Shown: in pieces, positions 37,794 to 51,615 of the stretch
Numbering within the stretch: position 1 is the stretch's first letter
Layout: the number at the start of each line of letters is the position of its first letter
Origin: Octopus vulgaris
Lineage: Eukaryota
Direction of reading: 5' to 3'
Assembly: GCA_951406725.2 (NCBI GenBank)
Contig: OX597820.1
Span: forward strand, 72,292,001-72,356,000
DNA: 64,000 nucleotides
The notes under the pieces: generated by a model
Databases searched by the model: none
Seen by the model: the letters and a program-made list of their open reading frames with translations, nothing else
Told to the model about the DNA's origin: nothing
Program-made: the position numbers and the translations under genes

Positions 37794-38100
37794 TGTATGT
37801 ATAGCATGTGTACTTTTTATATGGCACCAACAACCATAGGGTCATCAAGTAACATTCTTGTCTTGCAAGCTATTTGCTTACCCTGCATGTGCTGGTGCCA
37901 TGTAAAAAGTGCCCAGCACACCCTGTAAAGTGGTTGGTGTTACGAAGGACATCCAGCTGTAGAAACCATGCCAAACTAGACAAGTGGAGCATGGTGCAGC
38001 TCTCCAGCTTGCCAGTTCCTGTCAAATCATCCATCGCATGCCAGCAAGGAAAACAGATGCTAAATAATGATAATGATAATATAAATATACATGTACATAT

Positions 38101-38258
38101 GTAGGCTTGGCTGTGTGGTAAGAAGCTTGCTCCCCACTCACATGGTTCCAGTTTCAGTTCCACTGTGTAGCACCTTGGGCAAGGGTCTTCTACTATAACC
38201 TCAGGCTGACCAAAGCCTTGTGAGTGGATTAGGTGGACAGAAACTGAAAGAAGCCAGT

Positions 38259-38310
<52 letters not shown>

Positions 38311-38425
38311 ATAAATATATATCATCATCATCATCGTTTAATGCCCGTTTTCCATGCTAGCACGGGTTATATATATATATATATGTATACATACATACAT
38401 ATATGTGTATATATATATATGTATG

Positions 38426-38456
<31 letters not shown>

Positions 38457-38470
38457 GTATATATATATAC

Positions 38471-38506
<36 letters not shown>

Positions 38507-38718
38507 CTGAGTATATGTTTGTGTGTGTGTTTGTACCCCTACCGTTGCTTGACAACCAATGCTGGTGTGCTTATGTCCCCATAACTTGTCAGTTCAGCAA
38601 AAGAGACCAATAGAATCAGCAATAGGCTAACAACGAATAAGTCCTGGGATCAATTTGTTTGACTAAAAGCAGTGCTCCAGTATGGCCACAGTCAAATGAC
38701 CGAAGCAGGTAAAAGAGT
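38101..38718 (+). mobile_element. SINE family A with expanded central microsatellite
   Basis: Head and tail match 16151-16607; a short inverted RTE tail sits at about 38322-38367. Confidence 0.85.
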
Positions 38719-39166
38719 ATACATATAACATATACAATGCAGACTAAATACAATTAACAAAAACAACGAAAGGACAAGTGACATTCTCAGTTAATGTTAT
38801 TTGGTTGATACTGGATGAAGGAATGAAAACTCTATGGGAAAAGTGATAGCGTTTCAGACATGGTACTTTGTCAGATATGAAAGAAAAGTCCAAGATAGAC
38901 TGAGAAGAGAAGGAAGAGAGGAAAAGAGATAAAACAGAATAAAGCCAGCTAAAATAAATGCACATGAGTTAGGTTTACACATATGTATACATGTGTGTGT
39001 ACATGCGTATGTGCACCTATCTATTAATATATACACATATATATGTATGTATGTATTTCTGCATGCATACAGACATGCATATATATATGTGCGTAAATAT
39101 ATATATATATATATATGTATGTGTGTATATATGTGTATGTGTGTGTATACATACATACATATATGC

Positions 39167-39197
<31 letters not shown>

Positions 39198-39202
39198 TAT
39201 AC

Positions 39203-39254
<52 letters not shown>

Positions 39255-39548
39255 TTACACACATATAAAAAATACAAAAATGGGACAAGAACGCAAAACA
39301 TCTGGACAGTTAGGTGAAACAAAAAAGGAAAACAAAATATCCAGACAGACGATACAAGGAAAACAAGGATGGATCATTCGGAGATTTCTCTCCTCAGTCA
39401 AATTCCAGATTATCTTTGCAATTTCGGCTGGTTTTTATATATATATATATATAAACTGGTAACTAACCAGTATTTTCATTGGATTTTATTATCTCTTAAT
39501 GAGGTTTATAACCTTTCTTGAATTTATTTATATATATATATATACATA

Positions 39549-39773
39549 CAGGGTTGGCCAAAAGTCACTCGACAGTAAATCAAAATACCATAAATACTAT
39601 CTATAATTCTGTATTGATTTGAATGTGTTGCTCAAGAGGGGATTCAGTTTGAACAATTTTCATAATGTTTCATATTTAGATGCCTTTATTAAATTCAATC
39701 AGTTGTTAAACATAACTAAATCTTAGAATTAAATGGTTTTGATTTACTGTCAGGTGACTTTTGGCCAACCCTG
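39549..39773. mobile_element. Tc1/mariner-type MITE
   Basis: TA|CAGGGTTGGCCAAAAGTCAC...GACAGTAAATCAAAA and its inverse, ending CCAACCCTG|TA. Confidence 0.92.
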
Positions 39774-39781
39774 TATATATA

Positions 39782-40330
39782 CGAGGGTGAGTCAAAAAGT
39801 AATGCTATTTTGCTTAATACAGGTATAATTACCAACACAGGAACATGTATCATATATCAAATTGAAGCTGGTCCTCTGTGGATCACATCCCTACTGCTCA
39901 CCATAGTCACTGTTTCTCTCAATAGCAATGTACCACTTTCGAATGAGAGCATGTATCCCTGCCTTGTAAAATTCTGTTGACTGTTCTTTGAGCCTCTTCT
40001 TCACTACAGTTCTCACTTTCTCGTCACTGGACTATCATCTTTTTGGCCCCATGAAAGAGGGTTTGAGAAGCAAACATTATTCTAGTGACAAGGAAGTAAA
40101 AACTGTAGTTAAGAAGTGGCTCAAAGAACAGTCAACACAATTTTACAGGGCAGGGATACATGCTCTCATTTGAAGGTGGAACATTGCTATTGAGAGAAAC
40201 AGTGACTATGTTGAGAAGTAGGGATGTGATCCACAGAGGACCAGCTTCATTTTGATGTATGATACGTGTTCCTGTGTTGGTAATTCTACCTGTCCTAAAC
40301 AAAATGGCATTACTTTTTGATTCACCCTCA
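39782..40330. mobile_element. Fold-back mariner derivative made of two 3' ends
   Basis: About 240-bp inverted arms; the right arm encodes DYHLFGPMKEGLRSKHYSSDKEVK...AGIHALI*RWNIAIERNSDYVEK*; TA flanks. Confidence 0.92.
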
Positions 40331-42354
40331 TATATATACAGCTGTATAAAGAAGTGTCACTTACTAAACGTGAAAGAAACTAGTAGAAGAGACAAACCAA
40401 GGAAGAGATGAATGGCAATGCACTGTACTTGAGAAGACCCATTATTCTCAGCAGAATTAGGGCTGTGTCAAGCCTTCCCCTACACCTTCTGATACTCACT
40501 CCTCCCTCAATCTTCTGTTACTCCCTCTACTTCACTTTGCCCTACACTCTATTGATATCCTCTGCATCCAACTCATTTCCTATTTCTAATTATCTGTCAC
40601 ACTATTTTCATTCAGTGCACTTACCCACACATCCAGCTTTTCTACTCCTATAACCAATTCTGTCTCATCTTTACATTATACCTGAACCTCACATCTCCTT
40701 CTTTCTCTCTCATTTTCCAAGTGGGCAAGCCATTTATTCACCTCTTCAGCAAGACACCTGCTCCACTCCCTCTATCACAATTTCTTATTCCTTCTGTTGA
40801 TATCCTGCTCAGTTGAGGAAGGTGTTGTTTTCCCAGTACTTGGCAACCCCAACAGTGCAGGTGCCATGTAAAAAGTACTTTGTACACTGTATAAAGTGGT
40901 TGACATAAGGAAGGGCATCCAGCTGTAAAAACCATGCAAAAGCAGATACAGAACCTGGTAGAGCCCTCTGGCTTATCTGTTCTTCTCAAGCCACCCAACC
41001 CATACCAGCACGGAAAAAATGAACATTAAATGATGTTGCCGACGATGATGATGACAATGGTGATATTCTGATATATTTCTGTTTTCATTAACACTATATC
41101 TATAAGAGAAGCTTTCTCATGATGGATAAATGAAAAGAAATTAATTAGGTTTTCAACGATATATCTGCTTTAAGAATGCTATTTAAGATTGCTATATCTG
41201 CTTTAAGATTGCTGTTCGAAACGAATATTGCTTCCACTAAACATAATGAATTTTTATTCAGCCCACCAGCTTATTATGACTGATTTTTCAGTTACTGTTT
41301 TATTGCATCAGTAGCAACTGATTTTTACCTTAACCTGCTGTTACCAGTGGATACTAGCTACTGATGAAGCCCAAAGAGGCATAAATGTGCATTTAGCTAT
41401 GCCACTACTGCTGCTAGATGATTTTTGTCTGCTATTGATATGTTTTTTTTTAACATTTTAGATCTATAAGAGATATCATCTCAAAACAACTATCATAATT
41501 TAGCAGACTTTCAACCATGTATCGGCCTAAAATATAATACAAATTGATGTGTATGTATGTATGTATGTATATACATACATAAATATATATATATGTGTAT
41601 ATATATAAAAAACATTGCTTGTATTTTCTGATATATATAATCTGATATATCTATAACCAAAGCAAAAACAATCAATAATCATCTAAGTATGAGAGTATTA
41701 CTCTACACCAAAGGTGATATGGTCCTTTGCAAAAAGTCAACAACTGTTTTGTAGGTTTTTTTTTTTAGTATTTTCTAAAGCTTAAATGGAAACTCATCTA
41801 CTTCAATACAGGTTTAGCTTAATACCGACTTTGCTGGCTTTTCTTTGAGAAGTTACTAAGGATAGTTAGAATCACAATAAGGATTACTTGCCAGGAAACT
41901 TAAAAGAGATCATGGTGAGAGGATTATTGAAATGGATACAAAATGCTCTGTAGAACAAACAGAGGAAAATTTTATGGTGCATTAAAATTACCATGAATCT
42001 AATCTAATTTTTGTTTCCATTTCATGCCTTTCTAATAGAATGTCCTTCAGAAGCTGGCAATTCTTCCTATTTTTCTAAATCTCTGTTTATCTGTAAATAG
42101 AATATAGGTACAGGTATAGCCATGATGGTAGGAATTTCACTTTGCAATCAATGATTCCAGGTTCAATCCCCTGCACTTCACAGCAAATGAAAGTGTATCT
42201 CCTGTATCATAGTCTCAGTTTGATTAATATCTTGAAAGAGGAATTTAGCGGACAGAAATTCTCACATATATTTTATCATTTATCTTTTACCTGTTTCAGT
42301 CATTAAACTACAGGTATGCTGATATATATATATATATATATATAAATAGACACA

Positions 42355-44985
42355 TAGTTATAAAATCTTCTAAGACGGTAACAGTGATGGTGTTGGTGGT
42401 GTGGGCATACTTCTTGCTGAGAAATGGGTGGATAAAGTACTGGAGGTAGTCAAAGTGTGTGACAGAGTGCTTAAGCTCAGGTTAGTCTTGTGGAGACAAT
42501 TATCTCTGCCAATGCTCCACAAGCAGGCCTACCAAATGAACAGACGGACCACTTTTATGATATTCTTCTGTACAAAACATCAAAGATGAGTGACAATGGT
42601 CTCATCTTTGTGACTGGGGATTTCAATGGGCTTGTCAGATGGCAGACTGGTATCTTCCATGGCATCCAAGGAATTGGCCCCCTAAATGAGAAGGGAACAT
42701 AGCTACTGGAGTTCTGTGATGCAAATAACTTATTGATCAGCAGCACCAACTTCAAGAAGCCAGCCACCGGATAATCTACCAGTCAGGTGACTGTGCTAGC
42801 TAGATCAATTATATTTTCACCAGACAGCAGGATGCATGGTTGCTCTTAAATACAGAGACCCTCTCTGGTGAAGAATGTATCCCCCAGCATAGACTAGTCA
42901 TTAGTAATTTTAGACTCCAAGCCAGAAGGTTGACAAGAATCAGACCAATCTGGAAAAGAAGGATTTGGAAGTTTAAAGACCCTTTATATGGTCAGAGATT
43001 TAGGGACATCCTAATTGAGAAATTTGATGAGAGAGAGGAGGAGCTACAGACTTTTGACATAGAGTGCAATTGGGAATTCCTGTTGAGTGCTACAGACCAA
43101 ATCTGTGGCTGGTGCAAAGTCCCATCTAGATCTAGGGTAACATCGTGGTGGAATGACACAGTAGACAGGGCCATTAGAACAAAGAAAGAGGACTGGAAGA
43201 GTGAAGTTAACAGAGAACCGTATCAGATAGCCAGAAAGAAAGCTAGGGGAGCGGTATATCTAGTCAAGAGAGAAACAGAAAAGAAGTTTGCCTATGTTCA
43301 GTGATGTGAGAACCAAAGATGATGGTGCACTTGCATTTAATAAAGTGGTTGACATAAGGAAGGGCATCCAGCTGTAAAAACCATACCAAAGCAGATACAG
43401 AACCTGGTAGAGCCCTCTGGCTTATCTATTCTTGTCAAGCCATCCAACCCATACCAGCATGGAAAAAAAGGACATTAAATGATGTTGCTGACGATGATGA
43501 TGACAATGGTGAGAGAGGCTTGGAGATACTATGCTGAACGTGGAAAATGAATGGGAGGAGGAGAGTCTGCCAAATGCTGACCCAGTTGAGGGACCAGTTA
43601 CCTGAATTAACAGTTCCTTGATAAAGTAATTAAGGGAATGAAGACAGGGAAAGCGCCTCAGGAATCACTAGATGCTTAAAATATTTGGCGGTGTGGGTTG
43701 TGGTTTAGTCATCTGTATTGTAAATCAGGTGGTTCACAAAGGAGTCATACTCAATGACTGGTGTAGCAGCACTATAGTCAACTTCTACAAAGGCAAAGGT
43801 GATGCCTTAGATAGAAATAATTACAGCAGAATCAAATTGTTGGATCAGTTGATGAAAGTTACATAGAGAGTCATAGCCCAACTCATTAGGGAGAGAGTTA
43901 GCTTAGTTGAGATGCAGTTTGGTTTCGTGCCAGGAAGTAACACCACTGGTGCTGTGTTTCTGGTAAGGTGGCTGCAGGAGAAATACATAGCTAAAGATAA
44001 ACCTCAGTAGTTGGCCTTTGTTGACTTGGAGAAAGCTTTTGACAGGGTCCCCTGATCCCTTATCTGGTGGTCAATGCAGAAACTAGGGTTAGATGAGTGG
44101 TTGGTGAGGGCAAAATTCAGAGCTCCTTCCTCTGCTGGCAAAAAAGTGCCTCTCTCTCAGAGTGAAAGGCAGATTGTATGATGTCTGTGTGTGAACAGCT
44201 ATGCTACATGTCAGTGAAACATGGGCTGTGACAGCCCAGGACATGCATAGGCTTGAAAGAAATGAAGCCAGTATGCTTTGCTGGATGTGCAATGTCAATA
44301 TGCATGTTCAACAGAGTGTAAGCATCTTGAGAGAAAAATTAGGTATAAGAGGAATTATATGTGGTATGCAAGAGAGACGACTACACTGGTATGGTCATGT
44401 GATGCACATGGATGAGGACAGCTGTGTAAAGAAGTGCTGATCTGTAACTCTGGAAGGAAACTGTAACAGAGGTAGACCCAGAAGACATGGGACAAAGTAG
44501 TGAAGCATGATCTTTGAATCTCACAGAGGCAATGACTAGTGACTGAGACCTTGAGAAGACCTGTCAAGCTAAGTGAAATTGTAGTCATGGCTGATACTGG
44601 TGTCACATAACTGGAACCAGTGCAAGTGGCATGTAAGAGCACCTTTTGAGCAAAGCGGCTGAGTTCCTTTGAAGTGTTGGACCTTGTGGAGGCAATGACC
44701 AAGACCTTTGGCATTATGTCATGCTTGAGAAGAGCCATCTAACTGAGCAAAATTGCAGTTGTGACAGATACTGGTGTCAAGCAAATGGCACATGTGCCAG
44801 CAGCATCAAAAATCATCCATTACATTCTTGGAGTGGTTAGCGTTAGAAAGGTCATCCAGCCATAGAAAACCATGCCAAAGCAGACAAAAGTCTGATGCAG
44901 CCTTCCAGCTTAGCAGCATCGGTCAAACCGTCCAACCCATGCCAGCATGGACAACAGACGTTAAATAATGATGATGATGATGATA
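42355..44985 (+). mobile_element. Degraded RTE LINE (AP endonuclease, partial RT, 3' UTR)
   Basis: GVGILLAEKWVDKV, ANAPQAG, VTGDFNG, PQHRLVI, WWND, KGKGDALDRNNY, DLEKAFDRV, RRLHWYGHVMHM; many stops and frameshifts; RT core deleted near 44112; (ATG)n tail. Confidence 0.93.
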
Positions 44986-46087
44986 ATTATATATATATAC
45001 ACACACACACACATAAATATACTCGTCCATCCTTTACAAGTGTGGAAAAACAAATTTAAATTGATGATGATGATGATGGTGATGGTGGTGTTGGTGGAGG
45101 TGATGGTATTGGTGATGATTGTTCTGATATCAAATTCCTGTTTAGTTTGATTTCATCTGAAATTCCTACTCTGATTTTCTTCTCAAATTTAAAAAATACT
45201 GCACAAACTGACTGTTTTGACATCAGAGTACTTGAACGATCATTAATCTATTTAACTTTAATATTAAACTTGATCAAAAACATTTTGTAACTTAATAAAT
45301 TAAGCAAGATATTGTCAGTATTCTTTGCAATCAAATGAAACTCAATAAACATGTCAACTCTAAAACATTTTCTTCATGTGTTTCATTTTGTCTTCTTTCA
45401 GTGATTTTTATTCTCTTTATTTCAAACCTTGCTTTTGCTTTTTCTTGTGTTCTTTTTTTGTGTCATTTTACAGCATGCCAATTCCACATTGAACATTGAA
45501 TTCTTGTAATAATCTTCATCTTATTTCTGCAGTTTGAAGTTAAGCAGTTGTTCTGTAATAGAATTCCACTCTGCTTGTCTTACACTTACCTGTACTATGG
45601 GCTGAAAAGTCATCTCTTCACTTCTTTACTGTTAAACTATCACTTATCACTTTCTTTCTCTCCTTTATAATTTTCAAGGAATCACATCTTTCTTTCCTTT
45701 GGTTTCTATCTATTTCTCTCTTTCTCTATCGATCTGTTTATCTACCCATCTATTTCTCTCTTTATCTATCTACCTATTTCTCTCTTTATTTATTTTCTCT
45801 CTCTCTATCTGCCTATTTCTTTCTTTCTCTCTCTATATATATATGTATATATACAAACATGCATGCATACATATTTCTTTTCTTTTTTTCTCTCAATCAA
45901 AATCTTCCTCCACACCTGTCCTCTCTTTCTCCCTTAATCATTCACTCACTCTCTGTCAACCAAAGCCTGAAATTGAAAAAGTCTGTCATATACATATATA
46001 CATACATAAACACATATATACACACAAACATACATACATGCATACATTTCCTACATACATACATATGTTCATGGATGCATACATATA

Positions 46088-46943
46088 CAGGGTATAAGTG
46101 AATAAATTGTTGTCTAAATTATGCAAAAATAAAAATAACACTGATATCTCATTTTAACAGGTATATTTATTAAAATTACATAAAAATATCTTGAAATTCT
46201 AAAGAGTAAATTCATTTAATAAAATCACCATTGGCTTCAACCATAGCCTCCAAACGACTTTGGAATTTCCTGCAATTCTTCTGGACAGTTTCCTTGTTTA
46301 AGTTGGTTAATGCTGCCATAACCCTTGCCCTCAGTTCATCTTTGGTATTACAAGCAGTTTTGTTGCTCTCTCTCTCGCTTAACTGTGCCCCACACATAAT
46401 AATCAATGGGGCTGCAGTCTGGGGAGTTAGGTGGCCAGATGTTAGGGGTGGTGTCGTCGCAGAAATTGTCTGGCAGCCATGATTGGGTTCTCCTGTTTGT
46501 GTGGAAGGGTGCAGAGTCCTGTTGCCAGATACAGGATCTTCTAGCAGCCACCCTCTTGACCCAGGGCAGCACTACCTCTTCCGGGCACTTGATGTAGGCC
46601 TCCGTGTTGAGTGTGAGGCCGTGAGGGAAGATGAATTGAGTCATAATGTCTCCATCACTAGTGATCACTCCAAACACCATGATGTTTGATTTTTATGACT
46701 CTTGTTACATCCTCAGATTGACACCCAAACACTCTGAAATATTCGTAGTGGAGCATCTGGGGTGAATACCAGCATGTTATTTTCTAATTTCTAGTAGAGT
46801 GAATTGCATCATGGTACTGTTTTCCTCACAGATGGTACCCGACTGACCCTGCTATACTATGTAGTGAACAAAATGAAAAACAAACAATGTGCATGTGTGA
46901 AATAAAAAATACAAAATGGCAACAATTTAACCATCGCACCCTG
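46088..46943 (-). mobile_element. maT (DD37D) element, internally deleted, both ends present
   Basis: TA|CAGGGT ... CACCCTG|TA; VFGVITSDG...WQQDSAPFHT...WPPNSPDCSPIDYYVW. Confidence 0.92.
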
Positions 46944-49021
46944 TATATATCCATTGCACTTTAGCATTCTACTACTTATCTATTATCTATCTAATCTAAT
47001 CTACCTCACTTTCAAGTCCATTCCTTTTCTCTCTTTTCACATTCCTATAATGTAACAGAAAGAAGGAAACCAGTAAAAAAAAAATATTAGGGATGTGTGA
47101 GTTGGCCTTTTATAATATTGATTAATGCTAATGTTTGACTGTACAAGTAATGTCATTAATACGTTTCCTTCAGAACTCAAAGAGAAAAATATGGCAACGG
47201 AAAGTAAATGGAAATGTGCTTTACAATGTATTGATTTTGTTATTTAGAATTTATCAATGCAACACTGGATTCAGCCAGTGATGACATCAGCAAACTTTTA
47301 AAATTTTCATATGAAATTATGAAAATTTATTGTTCATTTTACAAGAATACAAAAAGATTTCAATCGAAGAGGACATAATTCTTTCATATGACAAATAAAA
47401 CACAAAAGTTCTTAAGCCATCCATTATTCCCTGAAAAAACACAACCGTTCTTAAATCATTGACTTCAGATTCTCATGCATAATTGCTAAAGACTCAAGAA
47501 AGTGTTGGTTCCAGCATATGAGAAGTAGGATAGTAATGCCACAATAAAGAAAACATACCAAGTTAAATATTTATTGTAGAAGTCGTTATGAAAGCTTAGA
47601 ATCAAATATTTGTTAACTTTAGCTGTTGATTTTTTATTTTTCTGTATAACACTACTTCAATGTGTTTCATATTTAAATGGTACATTTGCAACAATTCATG
47701 TAAAGGGATGATAATTTTGTAACAAAGCAGGTCTGAAATTATTGGTTGTTTTTAATTTCATGGCAAATGGGATTTGCCATATCTTGTTAAATGTAATGCT
47801 GATGATTTCAACAAAGAATGAAATAGTGCCATACGAGATTACCACTGACTTGAAATTTTAAAAACTTTTCAAAATGCACTAATTTAAGAGAAACTAGGAT
47901 CACGTCCAATGTGTTATTTTCTAAGGTAGTAGGGTGTAATTTAGGGGAGAGTTAGCTGTTATTTCTAACTGAAGGGTCAGTTAACCTTATAGATGCTCTT
48001 TCATTTGCTGGTATGCATGAAATGTAGGTGTGAAGTTTAAGCAAAAATGTAAATTAAAATAAGATTTAATGCAACAACCTAAGTGTGATTGTTTTCAGAG
48101 TAGAACTTTTCTCATCAGATGCTACTTGCTGGAAAGGTTTACCTGGACCATACCTGATTCAACAGACCTACGATGAAAGACATTCTATCTGCGACCATCC
48201 TGTATTTTTGGTGCTATTTTTCTTATAATGTATTCATTTCTATATAATCCTTATTTATTTTTTGATTATATTATCCAAATTGGCTTCCCTTTTCAAAGAC
48301 AGTAGGAGATTTGGTTGTTATCTCTAGCATGTTAAGTGACCAAACAAAGGCTCCTTCAATGATACAACAGATATCAATCAGTGTAATTTGATGTACTCTG
48401 ATGTGTCCACCCCACCCCCTGGTTCTATGATACAAAGTTCTGATTTTAAAGTGATCTAAATTAAAACCACCCCCAACAAAAATTCACATTAATTTATGTT
48501 CTAAACATCAGCTTAATAATGAAACAATTATTTCTCTAATTGTTCATTATTTTCAAAATTAATTGAAGCGAAAGCATTGTGTTTCAACAGAAATACGGCA
48601 ACAAAAGGTTAATGTTTTCTGCTGCTGTTTTCTTGTCATCGTCATTGTCATCATTGTTGGTATTGTTTAGCTCCCAGCTCAATATTTGTCAAGAAAACCC
48701 ATGATTAATAGTATTTTAGCCATTATCATCCCATTCTTTCTTTCCAGGGACTGTGTATCTAAAACTACATTATTCAATGGTATCATTCCTTCCTTTTAAA
48801 GATTAACAGGTGTGATTTGATGGAAATTTGGTAATTATTTCTAACAGGTTGAAGAGATCAAACAGATAAAGATTTCCTTGTCATTGGGTGTCATAACATT
48901 AAGAGATTTTCATAGGAAACAAGACTAGAATTGGTTGCTTTTATTTTTACAAGTTCGCATAAGATTCTTGGCTTTCACCCAAACTGTCTAGATTTGGTTC
49001 TCAGTATGGGAACTATTTCAT

Positions 49022-49718
49022 TAGGCACAGACATGACTGTCTGGTTAAGAAGCTCACTTCATAACCACATAGTTTTGGGTTCAATCTCACTGCGTGGAAC
49101 GTTAAGCAAATGTTTTCTGTTATACCCATAGACCCACCAATGCCAGGCAACCAAAGGTGATAGATGGAGATTGCATGGAAGCCTGTCATGTGTTTGTGAG
49201 TTTGTTTGTGTATTTATGTGTGTGTGTATGTATGTGTATTTGTGCATATGTATTTGTGTGTCGGTGTATGTTTGCATGTGTGTGTGTGTGTGTATTTATG
49301 TGTGTGTATGCATGTGTTTTTTGTCTGTCCCTGACCTCCACCACTTGACAATTGTTTACATCCCTGTAACTTAGCAGTTTGGCAAAAGAGATCAATAGAA
49401 TAAGTAACAGACTAAACCCTTCAAAATGTTGCTCCAGCATGACCACAGCTGAATGACTAAAACAAATAATTGGCAAAAGATAATGTCTATACAGAACATA
49501 ATATCCTTTTCTATTCTAGGCACAAGGCCCGAAATTTTTGAGGAGGCAGCCAGTTGATTAGATTGACCCCAGTACACAACTGGTACTTAATTTATTAACC
49601 CCAAAAGTATGAAAGGTAAAGTTTAACTCGGCAGAATTTGAACTCAGAACGTAAAGACAGATGAAATACTGTTAAGCATTTCGCCCAGTGTGCTAATGTT
49701 TCTGCCAGCTTGCTGCCT
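49022..49718. mobile_element. Family A SINE (+, about 49022-49480) followed by family C SINE (-, about 49505-49718)
   Basis: Similarity to other copies in the window. Confidence 0.75.
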
Positions 49719-50077
49719 TAGAATCAACATGATATTACATAAGATAAACCAATATAGCATTGGTTATCTTCATGTTATTGGTGTAAGAATATCTATTGAT
49801 AGGTGCACGTGTGGCTGTGTGGTCATAAGCTTGCTTCCCAACATCATAGTTCTGGGTGCCTCTACTAATGCCTTAGACAATAGTAGAAGACTAGAAATAA
49901 AGGATACCACTTGTATGGTGGCGATGCTCTCTTACAGCCATCATGTGATGTTAGGGCAAGGAAAGAGTAACACACCTACACACAGTTACACCCATACATG
50001 CATATATGTATGTGAATATATGTATATATTCATACTTATATTTACATACATACATCTATCCATCCATACGTAATTAT

Positions 50078-50133
<56 letters not shown>

Positions 50134-50160
50134 TATAATTTAGAAAAAACAGTAAAAGGG

Positions 50161-50234
50161 TGTCATTATAGTACTCAGAGTTTCGAATGTTGGAGCGAAG
50201 AGCTACGGTACATTCTTGTCGGCTATTAATGACA
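50161..50234 (-). ncRNA. Type I hammerhead ribozyme-like motif (variant core)
   Basis: Minus strand: UGUCAUUaAUAG-CCGACAA-GAAUGU[19 nt]ACAUUC-GAAA-CUC-U-GAG-UA-CUAUAAUGACA. All three stems pair and the cleavage triplet is GUA; activity untested. Confidence 0.7.
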
Positions 50235-50714
50235 ACAGATGCTATGAAAAACCACTGAATATAAGTTAAGTTACTCTAATAGGTAGAAAAAGAAAAAAGA
50301 TAAAAAACACACACAACCATATTCTCACAATACAGAGACATAAACCTCCGGTGTTCAGAACGTCTACATAAGTACATACTCACACAAACAAGTATGCATA
50401 CATGCATATACACATACAGTAACATATATGTATGTGCATACTCATACACACATAACCACACAAGTATATATATATATGTATATGTGTACGCAACCTCATT
50501 CTCATATACACATAGGTGCTTACATGCATACATGTAGCATATAGACATTTATACATATACACATTTTTTTCTCTCCTTGTTTTTTCTGCGTCCCTTTCTG
50601 TAGAAGAGTGTAGGCTCGAAACGTAAAGACTTTTTCTATTCCTGAGCGTTATACTAATACATCTGTTTGTTTTGTACACCGCCTGTCTTTGTCTTTGTTT
50701 TTGTCGTAAACTCT

Positions 50715-50754
<40 letters not shown>

Positions 50755-50875
50755 TTTTTTATTTTATAAACATATGCATATCCATATAAATGAAGGGGGC
50801 ATGTGTATGAAAGTTGCACATATGCACCGGACACAGTCTTACACTCATACATTCATATACACATACACACATATA

Positions 50876-50917
<42 letters not shown>

Positions 50918-50962
50918 TCACAAAAGGAAAACAAGGAAAAAATATATATAAAAAATTAAAAA

Positions 50963-51615
50963 TTAATGGATGTTAAAACATATGGGAAAGCTTGTACAGG
51001 AACATAGTAGAAATGTGGATTCCAGCTGTGATTTTGGGTGGGGCCAAAACTGTAACAGGTATTTTGTGACATATGGACATGATCCAAAAAGTTCAGTTCT
51101 TGAATTTAGACATGAAGTGGGGTCCAAGGAACTTTTCCAGATGAGCCATCTTTCTATATTACAAAGACCATACTTGCCACTACCATTAATATAAGGTTTA
51201 CGCTTGGCTAAGATCTTCCAGTAAATCTTGTAGATGACACCTTGTTCATTTAAGAACCATATATAACTGGATAATTTGGTAGATCTTCGTTTGTTCCAGT
51301 TTCTGAAGCTTAAGGTGTGATTGTTGAATCTTACTTTGAAATTTCCCTCTATGAGACCAACATATCTCTTGAATGAAACTGTATTATTAGCATTCATGGA
51401 ATTTATAGTGGCATCATAAATAACGACCTTGGTCATACATGCTCCATTTAGTGGACACAAGTCTTTATCCCTGCAGGAACAGCTGGCTTCATGTTGCTGT
51501 GTTACATTGTGTGTAATTATGCTTTTGATGTTTGGGGTGAAACTAGAACTAATTTTTAGGTTATGCCTATAATAGAGTTTTCTATATTTATGATGTATTG
51601 GAAAATTTCTATCTA
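50963..51615 (-). pseudogene. Penelope-type GIY-YIG endonuclease C-terminal fragment
   Basis: CSCRDKDLCPLNGACMTKVVIYDAT...RYVGLIEGNFKVRFNNHTLSF...LCNIE...LNSRTELFGSC. Confidence 0.9.
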
